64,000 nt of DNA from an uncultured bacterium. Its GTDB lineage: Bacteria; Bacteroidota; Rhodothermia; Balneolales; DATFMH01. A model generated the notes under the pieces. The model was not told the origin of the DNA. It saw nothing but the letters and a program-made list of their open reading frames with translations, and did no database searches. A program made the translations under genes and the position numbers. The stretch covers positions 326,776 to 390,775 of the forward strand of contig CAWANF010000001.1 of assembly GCA_963783355.1 (NCBI GenBank), written 5' to 3'. Shown here piece by piece: positions 56,142-64,000 of this stretch (positions are counted from its first letter, which is position 1; the number at the start of each line of letters is the position of its first letter).

Positions 56142-56927
56142 GTGGATCTAAAATTAAAAAATAAAGTTATCATCGTTACCGGAGGAGCTGGTCTGAAAGG
56201 AAGTATCGGCGAGACGATTACCGAATCGGTCATTGAAGAAGGTGGAATTCCGGTTATGATCGATATCAATCCACGAGGTGGGGAACTGGAAGAATCTTTT
56301 CGATCGAAAGGCTTGGAGAGTTTATTTATTCAGGCGGATTTAATGAAAGAATCAGAGACCAGAAAAGCTGTGGAACATGTATTGGCTAAATATGGTCGGA
56401 TCGATGGTTTGGTAAACAACCTTGGGATCAATGACGGTGTTGGACTTGATGGTTCGGTTGAAGACTTTATGGCATCTCTGAAACTAAACCTCGTTCATTT
56501 CTTCTCTATGACCAAATATTGTCTCAAAGCTCTGAAGGCGTCAAAGGGTTCAGTCATCAATATTGCTTCTAAAGTCGCGGTAACCGGACAGGGTGGAACA
56601 TCCGGTTATGCCGCTTCAAAAGGGGGCGTTTTGTCGTTAACAAGAGAATGGGCTCTTGATTTAAGAGCTTTTAATATCCGGGTAAATGCCGTAATTATTT
56701 CTGAATCGTGGACTCCGGCCTATAAAATCTGGATCGAAAAGTTTGACGACCCCAAATCCAAACTGGAAAGCATTACAAAAAAAATTCCGCTTGAAAACAG
56801 GATGACTAAACCAAAGGAGATAGCAGATATGGTATTATTCCTTTTGTCTGAGCGCTCAGCGCATACAACGGGGCAGCACATTTTTGTGGACGGAGGCTAT
56901 GTCCATTTAGATCGTGCCATTTCCTGA
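56142..56927 (+). CDS. Short-chain dehydrogenase/reductase (SDR)
   Basis: GTG start. VIIVTGGAGLKGSIG, NNLG, YAASKGG. Confidence 0.8.
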   Translation: MDLKLKNKVIIVTGGAGLKGSIGETITESVIEEGGIPVMIDINPRGGELEESFRSKGLESLFIQADLMKESETRKAVEHVLAKYGRIDGLVNNLGINDGVGLDGSVEDFMASLKLNLVHFFSMTKYCLKALKASKGSVINIASKVAVTGQGGTSGYAASKGGVLSLTREWALDLRAFNIRVNAVIISESWTPAYKIWIEKFDDPKSKLESITKKIPLENRMTKPKEIADMVLFLLSERSAHTTGQHIFVDGGYVHLDRAIS

Positions 56928-56976
56928 AGTCATCCACTTAAATTTGTACAAATTTTATAATTAACCAGGTATCATT

Positions 56977-59169
56977 ATGAAATGGAATCGGCTGGTGCAG
57001 GTATTTTTTATGATTTTAATCGGAGGACCTGTAATTATCGGGGCGTCCGGTAGATTTAAACATGCTGAACTTACTTCTCATTCAATCTTATCCACGAAAA
57101 TTGATCGCAAAGCCCTGGTGACCAGGCATAACATTTATGTCACCTGGTTCGATACGTTGTCATCGTTAACCGTTGGAAATGGGGATTTTGCTTTTACAGT
57201 AGATGCAACCGGATTACAAACATTCCCGGAACATTATCTGCATGGTGTTTCTCTGGGTACAGAATCGCAGTGGGGCTGGCACAGCTTTCCCAATCCTCAT
57301 CACTATACGTTAAAAGATATTTTGAGGGAGTATAATTATCATGGACGGAAAATTCCGTATGCCTATGCTTCGAAGTCGACACCACGACAACGAGCGGCCT
57401 CGAACTGGCTTCGTGCTAATCCGCAACGTATCGATCTTGGCCGAATAGGTTTTGATATCCTGAATAAAGAAGGTGCTCCTGTGAAAATGAGTGAAATTAA
57501 GAATATTCATCAGGAATTAAACTTGTGGACGGGCATCATTACCAGTCATTTTACGGTAGAAGGGGAACCTGTGAATGTGGAAACTGTTTGTCACCAGCAA
57601 CAGGATTTGCTTTCTGTTAAAATAAAGTCACCGTTGATTTCCGAGGGACGTCTGAAGGTTAAGATTCGATTTCCCTATGCTTCGGAGAAATGGGGTAACG
57701 CCAGCGACTGGAACAGTCCGGATAAGCATCAAACCTTATTAACTAAAGTTGATGTTCACCAGGATATCATTGAACATATCATGGATGCGACACGATATTA
57801 TGCCGCTATTCAATGGCGGGAAAAGGCACATATTCACCCTGAAAAAAATCATGAATATCTGCTGACACCGGCAAAAAATAATTCAAATCTGACATTCAGT
57901 TGCCTGTTTTCACAATCAAAACCTAAAGAAACAAACATTCCTGATTTTTCTGAAACCAGGGAAAACAGCATAAGCCAATGGAAAATATTCTGGATGTCGG
58001 GTGGAGCCATAGATTTTAAGGGCAGTACGGATCCAAGAGCAATGGAGCTGGAACGTCGTATCGTGCTTTCCCAATATTTAACAAAAATACAGGATTCAGG
58101 GCCATTTCCACCGCAGGAAACGGGTTTAACATATAACAGTTGGTACGGTAAATTTCATCTGGAAATGCATTTTTGGCACGAGGCGCAGTTTGCCCTCTGG
58201 AACAGAATTGGATTATTGGAAAAGAGCCTCGACTGGTATAAAAAAATTGAATACAGAGCCCGAAAGACGGCTCAGATGCAGGGTTTTAAAGGAGTGAGAT
58301 GGCCAAAAATGACGGATCCCTCAGGACGGGAAAGTCCTTCCTCGGTCGGACCATTCCTGATTTGGCAGGAACCGCATATCATATATTTCTCGGAATTGTG
58401 TTATCAGCATTATCACAACCGGGCGACGCTCAAAAAGTATAAGAATCTTGTATTCCAGACGGCTGATTTTATGGCTTCTTATGCTTACCGGGATAAGAAG
58501 ACCGGCAAGTATATTTTGGGGCCGGATTTAATACCCGCCCAGGAATGTTTCAATCCGAAAACTACGATTAATCCTCCGTTTGAATTGGCGTATTGGTACT
58601 GGGGATTATCGACAGCACAAAAATGGAGGGAACGTCTTGGTCTGCCGAGAGTCGCCAAATGGGATAGTGTACTAACCAACCTTTCCCCGTTAGCTAAAAA
58701 AGACGGTGTTTATCTGGCTGCGCAAAGTGAACCGGACTCTTACACAAATCAACGTTATATGACCGATCATCCGGCTGCTTTGATGGCGTATAGTTTTTTA
58801 CCTAAAACAAGAATGATCAATGTTGCAGTCATGAAAAGAACATTCAATAAAGTCATGAATGTTTGGAACTGGCCGACGACCTGGGGATGGGACTACCCGA
58901 TGATGGCTATGACGGCCACACATTTAGGGGAACCTGAGAAAGCGATTGATATACTTTTTAAGAAAACTCCAAAGAATGTATTTCTTCCGGATGGTCATAA
59001 TTATCAGCGGTCAAATTTGCGAATTTATTTACCGGGTAATGGCTCGCTGTTACTTGCAACGGCCATGATGTGTGCCGGTTGGGACGGGTACCATGGTCCG
59101 AAAAATCCTGGATTCCCCAAAAACGGGAAGTGGGTGGTGCGATGGGAAAATTTAAATAAACTGCCTTAA
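56977..59169 (+). CDS. Large secreted protein, putative glycoside hydrolase (family unresolved)
   Basis: 730 aa with an N-terminal hydrophobic signal/anchor. It is aromatic-rich (WYGKFHLEMHFWHEAQFALWN). It sits between sugar-oxidation genes and the hexuronate genes. The functional call rests on context only. Confidence 0.4.
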   Translation: MKWNRLVQVFFMILIGGPVIIGASGRFKHAELTSHSILSTKIDRKALVTRHNIYVTWFDTLSSLTVGNGDFAFTVDATGLQTFPEHYLHGVSLGTESQWGWHSFPNPHHYTLKDILREYNYHGRKIPYAYASKSTPRQRAASNWLRANPQRIDLGRIGFDILNKEGAPVKMSEIKNIHQELNLWTGIITSHFTVEGEPVNVETVCHQQQDLLSVKIKSPLISEGRLKVKIRFPYASEKWGNASDWNSPDKHQTLLTKVDVHQDIIEHIMDATRYYAAIQWREKAHIHPEKNHEYLLTPAKNNSNLTFSCLFSQSKPKETNIPDFSETRENSISQWKIFWMSGGAIDFKGSTDPRAMELERRIVLSQYLTKIQDSGPFPPQETGLTYNSWYGKFHLEMHFWHEAQFALWNRIGLLEKSLDWYKKIEYRARKTAQMQGFKGVRWPKMTDPSGRESPSSVGPFLIWQEPHIIYFSELCYQHYHNRATLKKYKNLVFQTADFMASYAYRDKKTGKYILGPDLIPAQECFNPKTTINPPFELAYWYWGLSTAQKWRERLGLPRVAKWDSVLTNLSPLAKKDGVYLAAQSEPDSYTNQRYMTDHPAALMAYSFLPKTRMINVAVMKRTFNKVMNVWNWPTTWGWDYPMMAMTATHLGEPEKAIDILFKKTPKNVFLPDGHNYQRSNLRIYLPGNGSLLLATAMMCAGWDGYHGPKNPGFPKNGKWVVRWENLNKLP

Positions 59170-59295
59170 ACATGATAAAAAAAATCCAATTACAATGGAT
59201 AATAAGACCCGAAAAATAAATAATTTATAAAATAAAATTCTTGGTTATGATTTATTCATTAAGAAAATCAACAATAAAATTAAATCGGTGAAATT

Positions 59296-59649
59296 GTGAC
59301 ACAAAATAAAGCAAATCAGGAAAAAAACTTTATTGATTCGGGAAAATTAGAGTGGGAAACGGTTGATAAAGGGGTGCAGCGCAAAATATTAGGTTTTGAT
59401 GACAACATCATGATGGTAGCTGTTAAATTCGAGGAAGGCGCTGTGGGGACCACACATAGCCACGAACACCGGCAAGTTACTTTTGTAGAGAGTGGCCAAT
59501 TTGAAGTAACGATTGATGGGGAAAAAAATATACTTAAAAAAGGGGATAGCTTTTTCGTTAGTCCTAATTTGGTTCATAGTGTTGTTGCACTGAAGGAAGG
59601 GGCCCTAATAGATGTGTTTACTCCTGCTCGGTCTGATTTTCTTAAATAG
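59296..59649 (+). CDS. Cupin-domain protein, KdgF-like
   Basis: 117 aa. The cupin metal motif is HSHEHRQ...GD...H and the C-terminus is DVFTPARSDFLK, as in KdgF-type proteins. The gene neighbours uxaC/kdgK/eda. GTG start. Confidence 0.55.
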   Translation: MTQNKANQEKNFIDSGKLEWETVDKGVQRKILGFDDNIMMVAVKFEEGAVGTTHSHEHRQVTFVESGQFEVTIDGEKNILKKGDSFFVSPNLVHSVVALKEGALIDVFTPARSDFLK

Positions 59650-59874
59650 CGAAAAATCCTTATCCAAAATGATAATATAATCATCTATATGGTTATTGGT
59701 CATACTAATCGTAAGGACAAAAGTTTATATTTTTCAATATTTAACCGGATATTATTAGTAAGGATTACTGAAATGTCCAGTCTCTTACGATTAGCTGTTT
59801 AAATTATAAAAAAATGATTTTTTGACGTGACGGCTTTTTAATATGGGAATGTGGACAGGAAGCAAATATTTAAT

Positions 59875-59939
59875 AGGGTCTTATGAAGTATAGCAATATG
59901 TTATTTACGATTATAACATGCTATACTTCATAAGACCCT
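59875..59939. repeat. Long near-perfect hairpin (21-bp arms)
   Basis: agggtcttatgaagtatagca (59875-59895) pairs with tgctatacttcataagaccct (59919-59939). The 23-nt loop contains a further atgttat/ataacat pairing. The element lies between the convergent cupin and uxaC genes. Confidence 0.6.
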
Positions 59940-59967
59940 TATTTAATACCCAGAATCTTCGTATGCA

Positions 59968-61374
59968 TTAAATAAAGTCGAAATAATTTTTAGCGTTATT
60001 GTAGCTGATGTCACGGACAATGGAACCGACCAGGTCTAAATCTTCTGGTATAAGTCCCTTTTCGATATCTGTTCCCAAAACATTACACAATACTCTTCTG
60101 AAATATTCATGCCTTGGATAAGATAAAAAACTGCGGGAGTCGGTAAGCATGCCAACGAAATGACTAAGTAATCCCATGTTAGCCAAAGAATTCAACTGTT
60201 TTTCTATTCCGTCTTTTTGATCCAGGAACCACCACCCGCTGCCGAATTGCATTTTCCCCGGTGTTACTCCATCCTGAAAATTCCCTATCATAGCAGCAAA
60301 AAGTGGATTATCTGCGGGATTCAGATTATAGAGTATAGTTTTCGTTAGTTTATCTTCTGAATTCAAATGGTCTAAAAATTTGGCAAGCGTAGATATCTGG
60401 CTAAAATCACCAATGGAATCGTATCCGGTATCTGCACCTAATGTCTTATACATTTTAGAATTAACGTTGCGAATAGCTCCCAGGTGATATTGCTGAACCC
60501 AATTACTGTCATAATCCATTCTTGCAAATTCGAGTAACAACCCGGTTTTCAACTTGTTTTGTTCATCGATAGTCGTTGTTTTACCTGAAATCACTTTTGA
60601 AAAAATGGTCCGGTATTCACCGATTGAACCTGGTGCATAATACATAGTTTCAAGTCCGTGATCGGATAGGCGACAACCATTTTCATGAAAATAATCATGG
60701 CGATTCTGTAGTGCTTTCAGCAGATTGTCGTAGGAAGATATTTCCAAACCGGATGCTTCTGATAATTTATTCAACCATTCCAGATAATTTTCTGGATTTT
60801 CAATGGCTATGGCTTTATCAGGTCGAAACGCCGGTAACATTTTAAAAGAAACGGTTTCATCATCAGCTATCATTTTGTGATATTCCAGGCTATCGACCGG
60901 ATCATCAGTAGTACATACTACCTGGACGTTCATTTTCTTTATAATTCCACGTGTCGACAGTTCCGGAGCTGCAAGTAGTTCATTACATTGCTGCCAAATT
61001 GCATCAGCCGTCTTAGAACTCAACAATTCCGATACATTGAAATAACGTAATAATTCAAGGTGAGCCCAGTGATAAAGAGGATTTCCAATTGTCATGGGAA
61101 CAACACTTGCCCACGCTTTGAATTTTTCTAAATCGCTGGCATTTCCAGTGATATATTTTTCATCGATGCCAGCTGTCCGTAAAGCCCGCCATTTATAATG
61201 ATCTCCATACAACCAGACCTGCGTTATATTATCGAATTGTCTGTTTTCTGCGATGTCTTTTGGTGAGATATGGCAATGATAATCAATAATGGGTAGATCA
61301 CGCGAATACTTTGAGTATAATTTTTCGGCCCAGTTATTTTGTAATAGGAAATTCTCTTTAATAAATGACATCAT
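59968..61374 (-). CDS. uxaC: Glucuronate isomerase
   Basis: FIKENFLLQNNWAEKLY, LPIIDYHCHISPKDIAEN, VWLYGDHYKWRALR, GNPLYHWAHLEL. The 468-aa size is typical. Confidence 0.92.
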   Translation of the reverse strand: MMSFIKENFLLQNNWAEKLYSKYSRDLPIIDYHCHISPKDIAENRQFDNITQVWLYGDHYKWRALRTAGIDEKYITGNASDLEKFKAWASVVPMTIGNPLYHWAHLELLRYFNVSELLSSKTADAIWQQCNELLAAPELSTRGIIKKMNVQVVCTTDDPVDSLEYHKMIADDETVSFKMLPAFRPDKAIAIENPENYLEWLNKLSEASGLEISSYDNLLKALQNRHDYFHENGCRLSDHGLETMYYAPGSIGEYRTIFSKVISGKTTTIDEQNKLKTGLLLEFARMDYDSNWVQQYHLGAIRNVNSKMYKTLGADTGYDSIGDFSQISTLAKFLDHLNSEDKLTKTILYNLNPADNPLFAAMIGNFQDGVTPGKMQFGSGWWFLDQKDGIEKQLNSLANMGLLSHFVGMLTDSRSFLSYPRHEYFRRVLCNVLGTDIEKGLIPEDLDLVGSIVRDISYNNAKNYFDFI

Positions 61375-61451
61375 GTTTAAAATATGAATTAATAAAAAAG
61401 CGGTTTCTATTTAATACAATCCTTAATCAATATCAATTTTTTAACAATAGG

Positions 61452-61465
61452 TGTTAACGGTAACA
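61452..61465. promoter_or_regulatory. Candidate LacI-type operator TGTTAACGGTAACA
   Basis: 14-bp near-palindrome with a central CG in the uxaC-kdgK divergent intergenic region. A second copy of the same motif lies at 61664-61677. Confidence 0.4.
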
Positions 61466-61663
61466 TGAAAATATTGAAATAGTTCGTTAAGATAAACTTT
61501 TTATTATGGATTGATGGAATTGAAAAATGTGCGTTGAATACTGTTCTGGAAAACAATTTGGGATAGAAGAAGAACGAACATTGTACAATATTGCCTTATC
61601 TAAATATAATTAAGTATTATTTGTCAATTCAATTTGCGAATTGAAATTATTTCAATTACTAAA

Positions 61664-61677
61664 TGGTACCGGTAACA
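61664..61677. promoter_or_regulatory. Candidate LacI-type operator TGGTACCGGTAACA
   Basis: Second copy of the motif. Both sites fit the palindromic consensus TGTTACC|GGTAACA. Confidence 0.4.
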
Positions 61678-61903
61678 TATTCTATTATATAGCTTATTTA
61701 ATTGTATCGTTCTATGTATTGGAATATTGATATACGAAAATAAAGTTGGCAAACGTGAATAAGCGTATACGTTGTAAAGAAGACCTGTATATTAAGGGTT
61801 CAAATTATTCAAGTCTTTCGATGTGTAAGTGTTATATTGGAAAAAATTTGTAGCAGTTAAAAAATCTTATTGATCTATAACCTAATTATATTTTTAGTAA
61901 ATC

Positions 61904-62944
61904 ATGGAGAAGAAAAATAAAGTTGTTACTTTCGGCGAAATTATGTTGAGATTAGCTACCCCGGGATATAGTCGATTTTCACAATCCAATGTGTTTGAAG
62001 CAACGTACGGAGGTGGTGAGGCAAATGTTGCTGTATCTCTGGCTAATTATAATTTGCCTGTCGATTTTGTCACAAGGCTTCCTAAAAATGATATTGGTGA
62101 AGCAGCCATAATGAATCTGAAAAAATATGGTGTAGGTACCCAATATATTAACAAAGGTGGCGACCGTGTTGGGATTTATTTTCTTGAGAAAGGAGCTGTC
62201 AGCAGAGGGAGTAAAGTGGTGTACGATCGTGCCAATTCTGCTCTGTCACAAATCAGACCCGGTATGATTGACTGGGATTCTGTTTTTGAAGGTGCTGGTT
62301 GGTTTCACTGGACTGGAATTACACCGGCTATATCAGAAGGTGCAGCCGAGGTTTGTAAAGAAGCTATCGAAAAAGCCAATCAGTTGGGAATAATAGTATC
62401 AACGGATTTAAACTATAGAAATAAACTTTGGAAATACGGTAAAGAAGCTTCCGAAGTGATGCCCGGTTTAGTAAAAGGATGTGATGTTATTCTGGGTAAT
62501 GAAGAAGACGCTGAAAAAGTGTTCGGTATCAAACCGGAGGGTGTTGATGTAACCAAAGGAAATGTTGAAGCCGCAGCATATGAATCCGTTTGTAAGCAGT
62601 TATTAGCTAAATTTCCAAAAGCAAAAAAAGCTATTATTACTTTACGGGGGTCAATAAGTGCTTCTCACAATACCTGGTCAGGTGTTTTGTGGAATGGCAA
62701 GCAATTATTAACGGCTCCAACTTACCAAATTACCCACATTGTAGATCGCGTAGGCGGTGGTGATTCTTTTATGGGAGGACTTATATACGGTTTAATTACC
62801 TATCAGGATGATCAAAAGGCCTTGAATTTTGCTGTGGCTGCCTCATGCCTGAAGCATACTATTGAGGGTGATTTTAATCTTGTGACCGCAGGTGAAGTTG
62901 AAAAATTGATGTCCGGTGATGCTTCCGGAAGGGTATCCAGATAA
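61904..62944 (+). CDS. kdgK: 2-dehydro-3-deoxygluconokinase (PfkB family)
   Basis: 346 aa. VVTFGEIMLRL near the N-terminus, the PfkB signature near the C-terminus (DRVGGGDSFMGGLIYG), and context with eda and uxaC. Confidence 0.8.
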   Translation: MEKKNKVVTFGEIMLRLATPGYSRFSQSNVFEATYGGGEANVAVSLANYNLPVDFVTRLPKNDIGEAAIMNLKKYGVGTQYINKGGDRVGIYFLEKGAVSRGSKVVYDRANSALSQIRPGMIDWDSVFEGAGWFHWTGITPAISEGAAEVCKEAIEKANQLGIIVSTDLNYRNKLWKYGKEASEVMPGLVKGCDVILGNEEDAEKVFGIKPEGVDVTKGNVEAAAYESVCKQLLAKFPKAKKAIITLRGSISASHNTWSGVLWNGKQLLTAPTYQITHIVDRVGGGDSFMGGLIYGLITYQDDQKALNFAVAASCLKHTIEGDFNLVTAGEVEKLMSGDASGRVSR

Positions 62945-62965
62945 TTTTTAAATATTTAATGTTAT

Positions 62966-63640
62966 ATGGCAAAATATTCTAGAATAGAAGTTGTACTGAA
63001 AATGCAGGAGACTGGTATGGTCCCTGTTTTTTATAATGCCGATGTACAAAAGGCAAAAAATGTATTGAAAGCCTGCTACGATGGAGGAGTCAGGGTTTTT
63101 GAATTTACAAACCGTGGAGACTTTGCCCATGAAGTTTTTGGAGAGCTCAATCATTACGCTCTTAAAGAATTGCCGGGTCTAATCCTTGGTGTTGGTTCGG
63201 TTGTTGATGCTGCGACAGCTTCATTATATATTCAGTTGGGAGCCAATTTTATCGTATCTCCGGTATTAAAGGAGTCTATGGCCAAAGTGTGTAATACACG
63301 TAAAATCGCATGGGTTCCCGGATGTGGTTCTCTGACTGAAATTTCATTTGCGGAAGAACTTGGGGCAGAAGTCGTTAAAATATTTCCTGCTACGCAAGTT
63401 GGAGGTCCTAAATTCGTATCTGCTGTGAAGGGACCTTGTCCGTGGACAAGTATTATGCCCACCGGAGGAGTGTCACCTACGGAAGAAAATCTTACTGAAT
63501 GGTTTAATTCAGGGGTAATTTGCGTAGGAATGGGGTCGAAACTCATTACTAAAGAAATTATTAATAATGATGATTTTGATACGCTCCGTGAAAATGTCGA
63601 AGACGCTTTAACACTAATAAAAAAAATTAGAAGTAAATAA
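62966..63640 (+). CDS. eda: KDPG/KHG aldolase
   Basis: 224 aa. VPVFYN...GGVRVFEFTNR...VGSV...PGCGSLTEI...KIFPA...PTGGV follows the Eda layout. The gene follows kdgK. Confidence 0.8.
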   Translation: MAKYSRIEVVLKMQETGMVPVFYNADVQKAKNVLKACYDGGVRVFEFTNRGDFAHEVFGELNHYALKELPGLILGVGSVVDAATASLYIQLGANFIVSPVLKESMAKVCNTRKIAWVPGCGSLTEISFAEELGAEVVKIFPATQVGGPKFVSAVKGPCPWTSIMPTGGVSPTEENLTEWFNSGVICVGMGSKLITKEIINNDDFDTLRENVEDALTLIKKIRSK

Positions 63641-63690
63641 CGAGATTGACATACTCTTTCTAATTAAAACTAAAAACATTATTTGTAATA

Positions 63691-64000
63691 ATGGAGAATG
63701 TTAACATCCATTCAGAAAGCCCTTCCAGCGAGGTAGGCCTGATAAATAGGCCTAATACAAGTTCTTTTAGATGGACAATCTGTGCCTTACTTTTTTTAGC
63801 AACTACAATAAACTATGTAGATCGGCAGGTTATCGGTATCCTGGCACCGGTATTACAGAAAGATATCGGCTGGAATGATTTGGATTATGGTTATATCGTA
63901 ACGGCATTCCAGGCGGCCTATGCATTAGGTCTTCTGTTCTTCGGCTGGTTTATTGATAAAGTAGGTACTAAAAAGGGATATACTGCTTCAATGACCATAT
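63691..64000 (+). CDS. MFS transporter, hexuronate (ExuT)-like, 3'-truncated by the window edge
   Basis: This ORF is not in the supplied track because it runs off the window. ATG 63691 gives MENVNIHSES...FRWTICALLFLATTINYVDRQVIGILAPVLQKDIGWNDLDYGYIVTAFQAAYALGLLFFGWFIDKVGTKKGY, the typical N-terminus of ExuT/ACS-family MFS permeases. Confidence 0.7.
   Translation, partial: MENVNIHSESPSSEVGLINRPNTSSFRWTICALLFLATTINYVDRQVIGILAPVLQKDIGWNDLDYGYIVTAFQAAYALGLLFFGWFIDKVGTKKGYTASMTI

Noticed and set aside
1-64000. tRNA, rRNA, CRISPR arrays, integrases or phage genes
   Set aside because: I scanned intergenic regions by eye for tRNA T-arm/acceptor patterns, regularly spaced direct repeats and recombinase motifs in the ORF track and found none. 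A proper tRNAscan, Infernal or CRISPR-finder run would be needed to be certain.

Overview
This is a 64-kb low-GC bacterial chromosomal window. Many start codons have Shine-Dalgarno-like motifs upstream. The gene content has an FCB-group flavour (CarboxypepD_reg-type TonB receptor plus DUF4249, a CBM9/DUF5916 outer-membrane protein, BNR/sortilin repeats), so my guess is an Ignavibacteriota/Calditrichota-like organism; this is inference only. All calls rest on motif recognition in the supplied translations and on reading the DNA by eye, with no database search.

Contents in order:
1. 1-12.9 kb: a type IV pilus-like (type IV filament) locus in two transcription units. It encodes PilT, a PilM-PilN fusion, a PilO/P-like protein, a secretin, a pilin-like ORF, PilC, PilB, two small pilin-like ORFs and a large PilX-like protein. 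A paralog of the PilX-like protein is cut by the left window edge.
2. 13-21.9 kb: a TonB-dependent receptor/DUF4249 pair, small membrane or secreted proteins, a 1065-1082-aa BNR/Asp-box repeat protein, and tag.
3. 21.9-26.2 kb: a scarred patch holding a 745-bp IS1595-like element with a broken transposase, an orphan 3' fragment of a CPBP protease gene, a CBM9/DUF5916 gene, and an orphan 3' fragment of pgk that still carries its terminator.
4. 26.4-32.3 kb: an intact CPBP protease, a DevBCA/MacAB-like ABC exporter with TolC, and a divergent MarR regulator.
5. 32.4-35.9 kb: a tightly coupled operon of a C39-like cysteine peptidase, a RimK-type ATP-grasp ligase and a GCS2 carboxylate-amine ligase, followed by a possible 42-codon ORF.
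6. 36.2-39.3 kb: csoR-copA-copZ with a clear palindromic operator.
7. 39.6-42.2 kb: a LacI regulator, a decayed sigma-70 gene, and a 1.6-kb AT-rich gene-poor stretch.
8. 42.2-49.9 kb: an L-rhamnose cluster (permease, RhaEW-type aldolase/dehydrogenase, RhaI, FGGY kinase, SorC regulator).
9. 50.3-59.2 kb: a heparinase II/III remnant, a GH3 enzyme, an oxidative deoxy-sugar module (FAH, SDR, amidohydrolase_2, SDR) and a large secreted putative glycosidase.
10. 59.3-64 kb: hexuronate genes (kdgF-like cupin, uxaC, kdgK, eda, and a 5' part of an ExuT-like MFS transporter).

I saw no rRNA, tRNA or CRISPR array. The two regions I rate most worth follow-up are the pilus-like locus, whose pilin-like ORFs all lack a canonical class III (prepilin) signal, and the peptidase/ATP-grasp/GCS2 amidoligase operon.
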